Shown here piece by piece: positions 26,201 to 44,700 of a DNA stretch of 64,000 nucleotides (positions are counted from its first letter, which is position 1; every line of letters starts with the position of its first letter). The DNA comes from Rhizaria sp. SCN 62-66 (lineage: Eukaryota), in assembly GCA_001724265.1 (NCBI GenBank), contig MEDY01000163.1, positions 1 through 64,000 of the forward strand, given 5' to 3'. Position numbers and translations under genes: made by a program. Under the pieces are notes generated by a model. It was not told the origin of the DNA, did not search any database, and saw nothing but the letters and a program-made list of their open reading frames with translations.

Positions 26201-27515
26201 AAGATGTGAGGGCGCTCTTGGACGGCAGGGTAAGGGGCGCGGTCGAGCCGTAGCTCGCGAGCAGCGCGGCGACGTTAAAGCCGGCGAACGGGCTGCTCGG
26301 CGTGGCAGCGGTCGCGGCGCTGCTGGTGCACGTGCTTGCGGCAAGAGCAGCGGCCAAGGCAGCGGCGATAGCCAGCGCGTGCGGGTGGCTAGGGACACTG
26401 TCATTAACAGGAGGCACAGCCGCAGCAGCAGCTGCAGCAGCAGCAGCACTAGCATTGGCATTAGCGTTGTTCGCGCTGCTGTTGCTTTTCTCGCGAGTCG
26501 ACGGACGGCCGCTCTTGTTGCTGCCGCCGCTTGAACTCGTACTCGCACTGGTAGGAGCAGTCGCCAGATTAGCGCTCGCGCTCGCGTTCGCCGGGGCAGC
26601 GTTGGCGTGGTGAGTGTAGGGCGCGACAACGGTGTCCCACGCACCGCCACTCACGCTGACAACCTCGCCAGCCTTGCCGCCAAAGACGACAGCGGCCCCC
26701 ACGGCGTCCGCGGCGGCCCTCACCAGGTCTGCGTCGGGCGCGGCGCCGGCGCGGGCGTGCCACTCGAGCGCGGCGACAAGCGGCGGCAGCGCGAGCGTGC
26801 GCGCGTGCGGCAGCACGCCCACGCGCGCGTCCTCCAACGCCAGCAGGAACGGCAGGTCGAGCGCGCGAGTCAACGATTGCGACCAGGAGCCGAAGCGCAG
26901 CGGGGTAGTCAGGCTGGAGCACGGGTCAACCGCAGCAGCCGCAGCCGTCATTGCAGTCGAAACAACGCCAGCAGCAGAAGCTGAGGCGTCATCAGTGCTG
27001 CTTTGGCTACCCGAGCTAGAGCATGCGCTCGCAGCGGAGCCAGAGCTGGAGCTGGCGCAGAAGCTGGAGCTTGGTGGCGCCCAGGCCTGCGTGTTCGGAG
27101 TCAGGAGCACCGTGTCTGCCTCGCCCGCTTGGCCCGGGAACGTCACGGCGAAGCGCGCGTCGTGAACCCAGGGGCTGTCGCGCGAGATGTCATCCCACGC
27201 GGCGTCAATAGTGACCGTGAAAACGCCCGTCTCGACCGCGGGGGACAGGTCGCAGTGCTGCGGGCCCTGCTGCGCGGCCGCCTCCAGAGCGGCGGCGGCG
27301 GCGGCGGCGGCGGCCGCGGCGGCGGCGGCGTCGGCCTTGGAGGTGCGGCCGCCTGGGGCAGCGCCGGCGCCGGGCTTGCGCGCGGTGTCGCCGCCGGAGA
27401 CAGCGCCACTGGCGGCGTTGCTGGTGCCTGCGAGGTTAAAGTTGCCACTGCCGGAGGCGCCAGCGGCAGGGAAGGTGGCGGAGGTGCGGCGGGCGGAGCC
27501 CGGCTGTTTCTGCAT
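14205..27515 (-). CDS. CFAP92: CFAP92/KIAA1257 (DUF4550)-like ciliary protein inflated by low-complexity insertions, ~4436 aa, single ORF
   Basis: Ordered conserved-looking islands I recognise from this family: PLLTPRLQSLLLPVEFELTTIANLP, VAVTVSDR, GRAWLDVSDLFRG, PYVAANTTVTLRVTLSQPL, ARFVFILD, LDLITGFTVADGARRVVVLE, FPSLAGL. First ATG at 27515 (an upstream exon is possible). Ends in TAA. Assignment from recall only. Confidence 0.62.
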   Translation of the reverse strand: MQKQPGSARRTSATFPAAGASGSGNFNLAGTSNAASGAVSGGDTARKPGAGAAPGGRTSKADAAAAAAAAAAAAAALEAAAQQGPQHCDLSPAVETGVFTVTIDAAWDDISRDSPWVHDARFAVTFPGQAGEADTVLLTPNTQAWAPPSSSFCASSSSGSAASACSSSGSQSSTDDASASAAGVVSTAMTAAAAAVDPCSSLTTPLRFGSWSQSLTRALDLPFLLALEDARVGVLPHARTLALPPLVAALEWHARAGAAPDADLVRAAADAVGAAVVFGGKAGEVVSVSGGAWDTVVAPYTHHANAAPANASASANLATAPTSASTSSSGGSNKSGRPSTREKSNSSANNANANASAAAAAAAAAAVPPVNDSVPSHPHALAIAAALAAALAASTCTSSAATAATPSSPFAGFNVAALLASYGSTAPLTLPSKSALTSSAAAAAPGLGAYSGASLSAPGAGGASKASRATTPNTGTNAGASAGGAGAGANARAGVKTPLNGANGGNNSNSTANNAANAAVVNANDYVAELAVFPNAANTVNTLANSQTQFQSSSSSSTPGNVVVVSTISPMVPVSLLASVPFRTAPLTTAHANADQRSTRVTGTHGHGYYGCESHEYCGYSDAGGTNPLYTALHLTPDPAALAVSAPLPALLSRAVAAAPALVLAAAVDGAALAYNPLAPPPAAANATNAATGSGGASAGAASAGSEGKSRSQQQQQQQLNAAAAANAGPVGSMSHAVVAAAAATAAAASAAAAAGLPQAPDRAGSTAAAAHALPPLPHSTSPLPLLALPSSGSIAGAPAASAGSGGDVRGNSALGSGSGSGTARSASSASAGAGTGSGSGSNSSTSGGLLAAALALVGHNHYTAALVPGFASALALAAAADAAAAAAAAALPVRTSTASGSSAAAAAAAAAAAAVAALPPPPPLPLPASLALPANPHSSSASAAAAASAAATAPAPALTGKQAQQQQQQLLQLQQQQSSSGVASAPVGLALGPAALLPFDCGAGANAWAQALAGPGLVPAPLLFAPLAAANSAVTNANVASAASAAAAAAAVAAPGGGRGGAGAGAGAGAKTGHRGQTPPTNQHSINANGNAANALTGYGTGNGNVGSGVLPLYSVSAPIFAGWTGFNLSTGAVSAIGGSGSPATYDQALLSAVVNIANPNFNTPNASAGSSSGFGFGFGFGSSSSSGFGYSAAPSSAFGLVSLPPPETTVTKQEAACAHALLAWAAAALTVTAGGVPTLHSNPAANPVSTSSSANAKANANANASSALSAGASGSGAYGIDAAAAAAVISGAAAGQSVSSCQMLLAPEAALPLPWVMVPVAAPALLAPALSNSSTDIAPNSGIVGATSASVYSPSATEPAVAVLAPVPAQLTVPLSPLLLSKHPVNATSHINACTSAAPRPVELVFSSDANSGLPPMPAGLPLRWLRVTVSANGPLLTPRLQSLLLPVEFELTTIANLPPPPPPSAKAKSQAKRRRSSCSSSSGKKSRSARRSTPASEHSRSFYPAFAAYTLPTGPLFPSALAARVLTAAAAAGLPHHLLTSNSPFEAAAAAVAASAAAAAAAAVAEADAAAAAAAAAAGSGSGSKQSRSSKQQQQQQQQQQLLQQQQQQLVPVPPSLLHAIMAPGTRLRAPRLPPLPLPSLPLTLFHRARDLGLFASAKDVLAVWGLASAALMGVSTPTRPYFRSKKSSRRHATPESDSESETEMKQVQGQEQGSLSLALGGTRKVILLGRYGAAGLAALALALSSNNNAGLGDAASALASASGGGAGVAVTVSDRVPRLTAGQARRVLAAALGAVGCAPEAVAAAIRLAAQSSNRHKTSKTAVGVDIESSSSPRSISSPKNNSAQVSAGDAVTDVSTSDAASATGATASSVSSSGVWGFARTLLSQPPSLLLTPQQPVAPAAVAAAPAVVAPAPAPAPTTAAPPASASASRNRRNNNASASANATAAAAPSSGNTKADAAADSTPAASAPVSSASAAANASAGAAAAAAADSALARSVAAALRAVHQRHASRAPVPRGRAWLDVSDLFRGATRFETTAPVTAEWLPSTTANNNSNNSNSGSSGSSTGSTGSTGSAGIGEIEGDWNEKLWAAVDQELDNIYSGTGGALSASDDFELSDCSDLESDNDDSTSKCGACFSRKCTGTCVPQLNNNNSSSNANSRATSVFVNNNSFDGDSESLLSLPQPSLDLNNNAAQQQRQKQYFRFAAPDTPVNASQTSNTRPDGSAANASRSGNAMSDSDTSDSDGDERGLEWRSLVDSAQSALAVVASRRAAPLRARVLAARAAATNGADAAAVVAKLPALPRSVRSTMAGAESSRSLVVANRTFNSSSSLGAEKSIARRNSSAHSALYGRSDPYVAANTTVTLRVTLSQPLPQWLLSPALLPPLAIVQDDCSGTRTPVPAPLAPRVAASASTATGGFARDAVSASAGAAGEEGAVGANWRDSAATSIEPASSDFANLSSAAVVPSGSDASTTDLVLATGAVTAPLRVSSRYASQSHPQSQPSHTMKGNGGDFNFASSAADVSALTAPGNGASAGGSASGNGAHSGAELELLELQQDEDDRRYVAPLCGGAAAAGGARRLLPPWAQSTGVSTPLDASASSWAPGYAPTHSLDVSSSMITAYHNGAPANTSDASSVANNNGSNSGAAAVSNGAVGWENNAQLVYTAGLHSAMLPLPLNPTVTLPQQSSANSGDNSSAGTGSTEQLQGALEQEQQEQKARILAQCALTPVLPVGLRCPVPATASPLLAQSPAAAATAVANNTAAAAAAAAASAAAATNGSDADGHAPSAHHAVTSGSGNNAAGAGAGAGGNPGRSFALVADDLTAMLNSVGVNSANGNSNAAAGAGAAITPAAVAAAASVAAAAAEPQTHLPPAGVTAVARFVFILDDTAGGDAAAAAQAGAAAAHGMSWRPNATSNNSGAKTNGKKNVVGGGTFTLTTNNNNSADAAASDSAACTALRTVSALLWDILPRFVLAHNAALLGKTPAVSRNGSSSSSGANLGATGPFTLLPLPRAPAPYPSLAAAPASVTAGLMHVPRPLVASPALGRYALLRYTPKSNNASHRTQQAAAAPAADFDGDVDKTGLVPINEYVPSADAAALTTTAATARLARIQPGAYPATYSYTGTGTAFSTSVGAYSATASGTTGTNPVGDALRPLAALTHALPYLPSRSLEAPLYTQLASEPLTARDRLLLAAGALDLITGFTVADGARRVVVLECAATPAFAALESTVGAIVAQYQAVFPQGHVFLSTAPASEHEDDDEDDARRRAEALEAQRRAAAVRAAEAEAEAAAAAAAAAAAAGAGRGRRPVSRGTAGSAAASNSAAAATTLKPTPPAGANTGNSGHGASAGGASGRRPVSGRSARRSSATGPINVNTNSSGSSSSNAAAVIAAANSLYPDRSENGDGAPVAATDDVLAALLPPHATAFRYPYAHGLLFPLSFAPGAPLALPALPTMAHLRRARGPSPLLHAPHRAAAAYVAAAAALEAWQAQCAQSGSGGKSSTANASAKWAVHPQTGMPVLVVTPVPGAGVVVAPAGVPVVIDKGNGKMSAVRAPLPSITHANSYSYSISDNYSGASAGASASVNGSGSSSGVVVKHLSAYAVLSHIAETAAAAVAAIAAVTAVAAPSLIAGSQSASLSSTSAVGVSTSSGGVSVLAPTVSTTFTRSQSAVNASSSSWQFSSSVPAAGTAGPAFAARAYASSTATLTTLRLSAPLPAACTAAATAAAAAAAAAVAAADAEADAAAARADALAKAKAAKAAAAAAASEGDPLAGGAAAAATAVDVAALVASLRLTSNSNAGATGNARAAGAAGGARSGSVSPGPGQRQRQGQRGAAAGGNAGAGAGAGTAARPGAAGRVGAIRSNANANANATANAAVTSTAAPAAAVVSAGSTSDAASASASAAVNLGAADADVSRVLALFLSPTLAQSATNAATTAAAAAATVLAAAALPSLVTGLGPCTDGARGATAAAGGAFLPLYAPAAASAPTATAAAVTALYSNANAANANTSMTGSAGFSDAPPALPLSPIALALAVRLSASKRAGALAAALAGLPLSHASANNNATGNAATANGGNASASAATTTDATALLLATSTADAAAAPLAAPLPPARPLPPSLPPAAAALLSLLSPHTASLARARAGRAFPSLAGLAALAAARGDPLTQADRLGGRAKGQRALARGFAVTLRGAGATAQLPLGFRPELEPELGRGQNDGGDCEKCEGECECSERNEDLDSYEYNNNFNAANYNSDSAPNWGLDTTQSLNNSGNGNSGAKRVACKAALRTWNRPYETLLVLRARVPPVNCQAEHQKHVVALSEASRAAYDAYVAALPPPRPPLDAPAAETEKQRRERERGERGRERDRERERGFRVSLRVDRKGLELDRPDVGLTTLTTEKDLEADAEAARVKALNSTTNHNGSSSGRVPGVLPSIHNFNKQQ

Positions 27516-28291
27516 TGGAGACTGGGACACTTGCAAGTGACGGGCCGCGCACTAGTTTTAGAGTCAATGAAATCAGGCAGATGTGAGAGCCGTTAGACCG
27601 TGCGTGAGTGCCTGTGTCTTAAAGCGCGACGACACTGCAAGGGAGTGAGCGCTACTATTCGTTGACCGAGTTACTGAAGAGTGTGTTGTGCGAGCCAGTA
27701 TCCGCTACTAGAAAAGTGAAGCAATCATGTTTAGAGAGATAATAAACGGAGTATTGTGGTGACTGTGTGAGATCAGTATAGACGGTTGTTGTAAGGCATG
27801 CGATGTGGTGGAAAGTCAAACAAACACCCCAGGAAGTGCATTGCTTAGGCAGCCAATCTTCAAGCATCCAGAGCCATGTAAATGCACTGTTTGTTCTATA
27901 CAATTAAATATTTGAGTCAAAACATAGACATGATATACTATATCTTTGACATGCAATTAGCAAAGAAAGAGCCATCGCACTAGACCACGTTTCTTTTGTA
28001 ACGGTTACTGTTCTTTATCTCGGTCAGCTGGCCAAGCGATCCGTTGCGTTCGCTTGTTTTTCATGCAAAACCACTTAAAGCATAACATAAACAGTACGAC
28101 AGAGACAAAAAAGGAAGTGATACCCTTAAAACAAATATGTATTGTCATATATAGCATACTATGAACACCATGACAACTAAGTGTGTGTTCAAAAACCATT
28201 TGGCCCTCACTCTCTAATTCAGGACTTCAAACGTAACTCAACTATATTCGTCACTGTATACAGACGCAGCGCGGTTTTCGCAGCATCGCGT

Positions 28292-30769
28292 TCACTGCAG
28301 CTCGTCCCAGCCGGCCTGCAGCGCCTTGCGTGCCCTCTGTTGCGCGGCGGCGCGGCGCGAGAAGAGCAGCGTGGCGACGGCCTTGCCGACCGCCTCCTCG
28401 ACCTTGCAGCGCTGCAGGTTCAGCTCGACCACCGCGCTGCTCGCGCCAGACACGCGCAGCGCCGCCAGCACGGCCGCGCCGGCGGGGGAGCCCGCGGCGG
28501 CTTCGTGGGTGAAGAGCTGGCCGTTGCCGCTGACGTCGACGTCCGTCAGGGTCGAGTTGGTGCTGATCAGCGCTGCCAGAGCCTGGGTGTGCAAATGGCA
28601 GGAGAACAAATGAGGATACAAGGATGGATATATGTCAGCGTATCAAAGTGAGAATAAAGTAAACAACATGGAAATACAGAATACACTTAGTTTACGCAAC
28701 ATAAGACTCCGTGAAAGCATGGGTGTCTCGATATGTGGAGAGGGATGAACATTCAAGTTGAGGCACATACCTGAGCCGAGCGGGCGCCGGCATTGCACGC
28801 AGCCAAGTTGAGCTTCTCAAGCGAGACGCTACTGGTGGCAGCGTTCAGCACAGCAGCAGCACCAGCGTCGTTGATGATGTTCAGCGACAGGTCAAGCGTC
28901 CTCAGATACGACCCAGCGCCAGGGTTGGAGCCCGAGCCCGAGCTGGCGCCCGAGAGGGCTTGTGCGAGCGCAAGTGCGCCGGTCTCCGTGATGTTGTTGT
29001 GCGCAAGCGAGAGCGACATGAGCGTGGGGTGCGCGGCGATCACGCGCGCAAGCGTCTGCGCGCCCGCGTCGGCGATCTTGTTGTGCCGGAGCGAGAGCGC
29101 CGTGAGCGTGGAGCTGCCCAGCAGCCCGCGCGCGAGCACGTGGGTTGTCTCGTCCGTCAGCATGTTCTCGTCCAGCGTCAGCGACAGCAACGAGCGCGTG
29201 GTGGCCAGCAGCCGCGCGATGCTGAGCGCCCCGCTCAGCGGCATGCCCTGGCGCGCGGGGTCGTAGCCCATGCCGACGCTGCCGGTGCCCATGCGCACAG
29301 TCAGCGATGAGAGGTGCGTGAAGCCGTCGAGCACCTTAGCCAGGTCGAGCTGCGGCAGCATCTGCGTGACGGTAAGCGAGTGCACGAACGGCCGCGCCGC
29401 CGCAGCCTCGTGCAGCAGCGCCGCTAAGTTGGCGCCGTCGGGCGAGGGCACGTAGCTCTCGATGAGCCCGGCGAGGTGCAGCTCCAGGAACGCGCGCTTC
29501 CAGCTGTTGCCGTGGCGCGCCACATTGACTGGCGGGGCGGTCCAGCGCTCCGAGGTGAGGCGTTGCCAGAAGCGCTCGCAGGCCGTGTAGCGCGCGGCCG
29601 TGGCCAGGTCGACCTTGGAAGGATCCAGCAGCGCCACGGCCGTGTCCTGGTACTCGGGGTGCAGGCGGTCCAGCGCGGGGTAGTCTAGGTGCAGAGAAGA
29701 ACAAAGCGGGAGAAAAACGTGTGGGACACAAAGCAAGTGCATACAAGTGAGCGAAGGGAAGTATTTCGAGTTAAGACTGAACCAAGTATTCGAAGTTGCA
29801 GAAAAACCAGAGGATTTCGACATAAGATGGATACAAAATGATTGAAAACAAAATGATACATGTTCTTTAGTGACGATATGTCAACATACTATGGTAGTTT
29901 TGCGCGAAGGCCTTGACGATGAGGTCACAGAGCCGGGGCACGCGCGAGCCCTGCAGCGCGCGGCTGGGGTCGCCCACGGGCACCCATGTGATGCGCTTGC
30001 CGCCCGCGGCGCCGCCGGAGGAGGCGCCGGAGGCCGCGGAGTCGGCGGCGGCAGCGGCAGCCGCGGCGGCAGCGGCTATGGGGTCGGGCTCTGTGTAGAA
30101 GTGGGCCTCTGCGAGGAATAGTAAACAGTGACAAACGAGACATATATGGGGATATCAGAGAATAATTCACAGTTAAAATATAAAAAGTAGACAATGACAC
30201 AATAAACTCACGTGTTAGACAGATTCAGGAATATTCGATTGAGATATCATCCATAACGTACCCGGGAGGAAGCCCGGGATGGGCTGGCCGTCAGGACCAA
30301 GGCCGGCGCTGCTGAAGTGACCGTGCGCGTCGCCATCAGCGTCAGCGGCGCCCGCAGGGACGGGCGAGACGTGGCCGTCGCCGAGGGAGTCGAGCGCGTT
30401 GTCGTCCGCGTGCGTGTTGTTGCTGGTGCCGGCGCCGTTGCCGTTGTTGTGCATCGACGAGTGGGGGCGGGACGGTGCGCCGGGGTTGGGCGTGGGGACC
30501 TTGATGGGCGCCACGATCGGCTTGTGCCGCACCGCGAGCAAGGGATCGTTGGCGGCGAGATCTTCCTCGTCGTTGTCATAACCGGCGTCCAGAGCAGCAG
30601 CAGCAGCGGCCGGTGCAGGTGAGCTGGATGTGTTGGGGAGCGGCGCCGAGTTGGTGCTGGCGTTGTCGTGGGGGGTGGCGGAGGCCGAGGGGCGGGAGAT
30701 CGCAGAGGCCTCGGGGTCGGCGGGCATTATCTGCTCCTTGGACTCACTTGAGTGCAGCTGCGAGGACAT
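28292..30769 (-). CDS. DRC5: Dynein regulatory complex subunit 5 (TCTE1/DRC5)-like LRR protein; complement(join(28292..28582,28771..29684,29890..30108,30262..30769)), 643 aa
   Basis: VPRLCDLIVKAFAQNY..YPALDRL...ERFWQR...HGNSWKRAFLELHL..LIESYVP is the DRC5 N-terminal signature, followed by RI-type LRRs (LSLRHNKIADAGA, LSLAHNNITETGA). Three GTAYGT...AG introns give a continuous frame. Ends in TGA. Confidence 0.85.
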
Positions 30770-31268
30770 CGGCCGGAAACTAAGACGCCGCGCGTACGAG
30801 AGTGGGCTGAGAGCGCCAGGCTGTGGTTGATGAAACTAAGGCAGTGAGGGCGAAAAAGAAGGTTGCCTGGGTAGACCAAGACGAAGAATTCGAGAAATGT
30901 GTAAATATGAGTATAGAGTTGCGTACATCAGATTTCCAAAAATTTAAAGAGAATTGCAACTGACGGCCTTTTGGATGCGCTGGAACTGCGGCCGAGTAGT
31001 GACCGTTACCCTCTTGCCAGAGTTGCTTCGAGCCCACTGAGGCAAGCCTTCGAGTTTGAATCGGCCTGCGCGCCCACTTTGCACGCAGATTCCTACCTTT
31101 GGCTGTCCGTTATGTGAACTATATCCGGCGGTATCCGCACTATGATTTGTTGTTGTATTGTATATTTCAACCGTGTGCCCATATATCATTGTCTTCCTTT
31201 TCATTTTTACACGTTTGTTTTACGTCCTTGCCAGGCGGCGCTCGCGCATCCCCAGACTGCACTTCCTA

Positions 31269-40988
<9,720 letters not shown>

Positions 40989-41744
40989 GATCAATGCCCA
41001 CTGTATTTCATATTTTGTATTCTTCATTAGTTTCGTTCATATCTAGTACAAAATGCATTTTCGGTCGTTATGTGACACGTTTTTTTTGGATTTTACCGAA
41101 TACAACCTTCCAATTGCAAACCATTGAGAAAATTAAAGCGCTTTCAAACATAAAACAATATGTGATATTCTAGTTCTATTTCTTATCATGAACATATATT
41201 CCATAGTCGCATACTTGTGTGCTATTTGTAGATACAACTCTGGTTTCTGACGCATGGTGTCCTCGTCGCCCCGCCCCCCCTATTGTCGGTCGTTCCAGAT
41301 CGCCGATCAGGGCCAGCGGTAAAATGCCATTTTACGTGCCACAACCTGGGTGATTTGCAAGTTTAAGGACTTGAAACTGCATATCTATATTTAATGACCG
41401 TTTTCGCTGAGTTGATGACCCAAATATGTCGATTACTCGCGGCTGTATTTCCTCTTAATAATCGCTCTGAGAGGGTGACGACACGATGCCTGTCTCCTTT
41501 TCCATTCCGTGTTTTCACGAGCTCAACTTATGCATACCTCACATTTCATCCGTATATTGTTAATTCCACCCCTGAAATATTGCAGACACTTACTCTCGCT
41601 TATTTTCGCCCGATTCTAGGCCTCCTTGACTTAGTTTTCCCTCACGCGAGGCTGTTCCAACTGGTCTACAGTTGCCCCACTTAACCTCGTGTTCGCGTTA
41701 TCCCCCGCCCTCTGGGCTCACAATTCCGCCCCATTACCATCACC

Positions 41745-44700
41745 ATGGCGTACTTCTCTCCTTATATTGCCCTGACCCAGGTTACATTGTGCTTGGTCAT
41801 CGTTGTAGCTTGCTTTTCCTCATGGACAATGGCCCTTGGCACGTACTACAGTACTTCGCTTGCATCTTCAACCTGCTTCCCCGAATAGGGCTACACCTCT
41901 GTAACCGCTGTGATCACTCTAGCAAAGCTTGATTCTACGCAGCCTAACACCGTTTCTATTGCATGGACTTGTGCACAAGTCCACCTGCTTGAGTTGTCAG
42001 CCGCCACACTCGAGTCAAATACGGCAAGCTGCACTCGCATCGGCGCTGATGACTCGAGCGCTTCTACCTCTGATACTTCTTACAAACGTTCAGTCTTTTG
42101 CAACACAGGCGTCAGTACTGTGAAAATGACCCTTTCAGACGTTCGAGTGCAGTTTTCAGCATTTTCTGCTGCAGATCCCGTCACTCACGTCCTCTCAGAG
42201 TGCCTTGCAGTCATTTCCCAAGGTTTCCTTTTGCCTTAGCTTTCTTTAGACCAGCATCACGAGACCACCTATGTCTCCTCTTCGCTAGCACTTCCCGCAC
42301 CACTTACTAATCTGGCAATCTCCAGCGCACCGGTTTCGTCATTTATGGCTTTGAGCTCACCCATAAACGCATTGTTTGAGGCTGCGTTCGACGTCAGTTT
42401 CACCCTTACTTCGCGGACGGAAGGTTACACAGCGCTCTCTATCACGCTCTCGCACTCATGCGGGCTCTTGTTTCTTGCCAACACCACGCGTATTGCACTT
42501 GTTACTGCCCCCGCGCAGCGCAGCGCGGACGTGCCGTGCGTTGCGAAGTATGTCTCAGAGAGCTTGGTTGATTTACGCTGTTGGGGCGCCGCTGCGGGCC
42601 ACTGGACTCTGCGGGTCGCACACGTTGCTTCCACTCCCGATGATGTTACCACGGCGCATTTCAGCGGCAACAGATTTCGTCCGACAACACGGATTACACT
42701 TCCGGCAGACGCAGTGACAGTCAGGCTGAACAGCAAATTCACTCTCACGAGCGCGAACGACGTAGATATTTCGTTGTTGTCGAAGTCTTCCTAGGTTGCT
42801 GCCAAGGATACCACTGTTGCTGCCGAATCGAAAACGCGCCTCCGAGAAGCGTCCCTAAATGGCAAGCATCTTTTCGCATCCAATATTGCTGATGATAAGT
42901 ACGATGATATTGTCTCTGCACATATGATAACCCAAGCTTTGCAAAAGAGCGAAACACGTAGTCGTGCCATTGGTGAAGTGATATCTTGTGGCCAGCTCCT
43001 CGACCAAGCTACCTTTTTGATTTCAGACAATGATGCGAGCATTAACGGCAACGTTCACAATATCATTCGTAACGCTGGCAAAACCGAGACTGATGTTGAT
43101 GCTGAGACTGTCGCGCAACGTGAGCGCATGTTCCATACTCTTTGCGGTGTCCAATCTGTTGATTTTGTGGTGTCGATTCGGATCCCTCAGGTTGCCGCAA
43201 CAGAAATTGGCCCTGCATCTTACACGCGCACATTTACATTCGAATACGATGTCTGCTTGTCGGCTCCTAACTTAGGAGCTTCAGTTACCACAAGGACAAT
43301 GTCGATTTGCTCGACGTACGGTTTCGACTTTGCTGAAGTTGTCGCAACTGGCGCATGTACAGTTGAGGCACGTTCTGCATAGTAGTTCACGTTGAGGATG
43401 CCTGATGACTATGCTGATTACACTGTTTTCACGTGTTACTTTTCCGGCATCCGCATTTCTTCACCCACAACTACACTTTCTTATAGTGTCCCAAGCGGAT
43501 GCACAATGGCGATTGAGGATTCACTTGGAACGTCGTCCTACTTACCTGCATTTGACTTACAAGGCCCTACGTATGATGCTGAAATGAACTGGCGTTTTTC
43601 CGACTCAACATCTGGTATTGCCTACTCAATTAGTCCCTTTGTTGATTACGCCAATCGTAATAACCGCATGCTCACAATCCCGGTTGAGATCACTGTGATG
43701 CACTTATCGCAATTCTCACCGGCACCCGAGGACGCACTCAGGATAGCTATCTCCGGTGCTTGTGATGGAGTCTACAAACTGTCGACTGACAATACGCCGT
43801 TCAACTCACAATCAACGACTATGTTAACAGGTCTTTATCCCCGTAATACTGTATTCACCCCACAGCGCTTTTATCTGCATGTTCGCACAGGCAACACGCT
43901 GACAAACGTCCCGTCTTCTTGCTTCATTTTGTCGTTTGTAAACGGCGTGACTTCGGAGTGGGTGACAATGCCTCCGATCGCAGCGGCAGGCCGCGTTGGC
44001 GTCCCAGTTCCCAGTGCTTACGTCAATTTCCACTACACAAATCTGATCTATGGCTCAACTCTGTCGCCATCCAGTCTCACATTTGGAGTCACTCGCGAGT
44101 TCGCAGTAATGCCAAGCCAGGCACCAACCCCTGCTACCCACGAAGTAACTCTTACCGGTGTAAGCGGCTGCTTTTGCCCCTCAGGAGGCACGCTCTCAAT
44201 CGTAAGCTCATCAGGTTCGGATCTGCAGTCAACTGCTGTTACATGTACAGTCAAGTCGTTTTCAGAGCCCACTGCAGTGCTTACATGTGACACATTCACA
44301 AAAGGCACATGGAACATTTTCGCGCTTCGATGTGGAGATGGCTTTACGCAAGCAAAGTTTGATTTATGTTTCGGATCTATCAACAACTACAAGGTCAACA
44401 CTCAGGTTTCTTTCAATGATGGGTCAATGCTATACTCTGATCAGAATGACGCACCTGTGTTTGCTCCAAACATGACCGCGCTAGTTTCGGCGGTTCAACT
44501 GCTTGATCGTACATTGACTGCGAAGATAGTCGAGAGTAATCCCGCATCAACGCCATCAACTGTCACCGTGACGTATTACCTGTACTTCATCACCCTTCCA
44601 CCTTCAAGCGGTAATAACGTCACAATTGACTTTGGTTTCTTGTCTGGATACGCAACTACAACGTCTTCACAGCTGGTATTTGGCTCCAGCACACTGGCGA

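Noticed and set aside
27541-27590. In-frame TAG upstream of the CFAP92-like ATG (AAC TAG TGC, minus strand)
   Set aside because: It looks like a 3' splice acceptor or UTR sequence, so it is not counted as recoding evidence.
14211-27596. Many plus-strand and alternate-frame ORFs up to 578 aa over the CFAP92-like gene
   Set aside because: By-products of GCN-rich low-complexity coding DNA with few chance stops.
41781-41888. Possible 108-nt in-frame intron (GTTACA...AATAG) removing the first TAG
   Set aside because: The donor does not match the GTRYGY seen in all eight introns. It would delete the signal-peptide core and does not explain the other TAGs.
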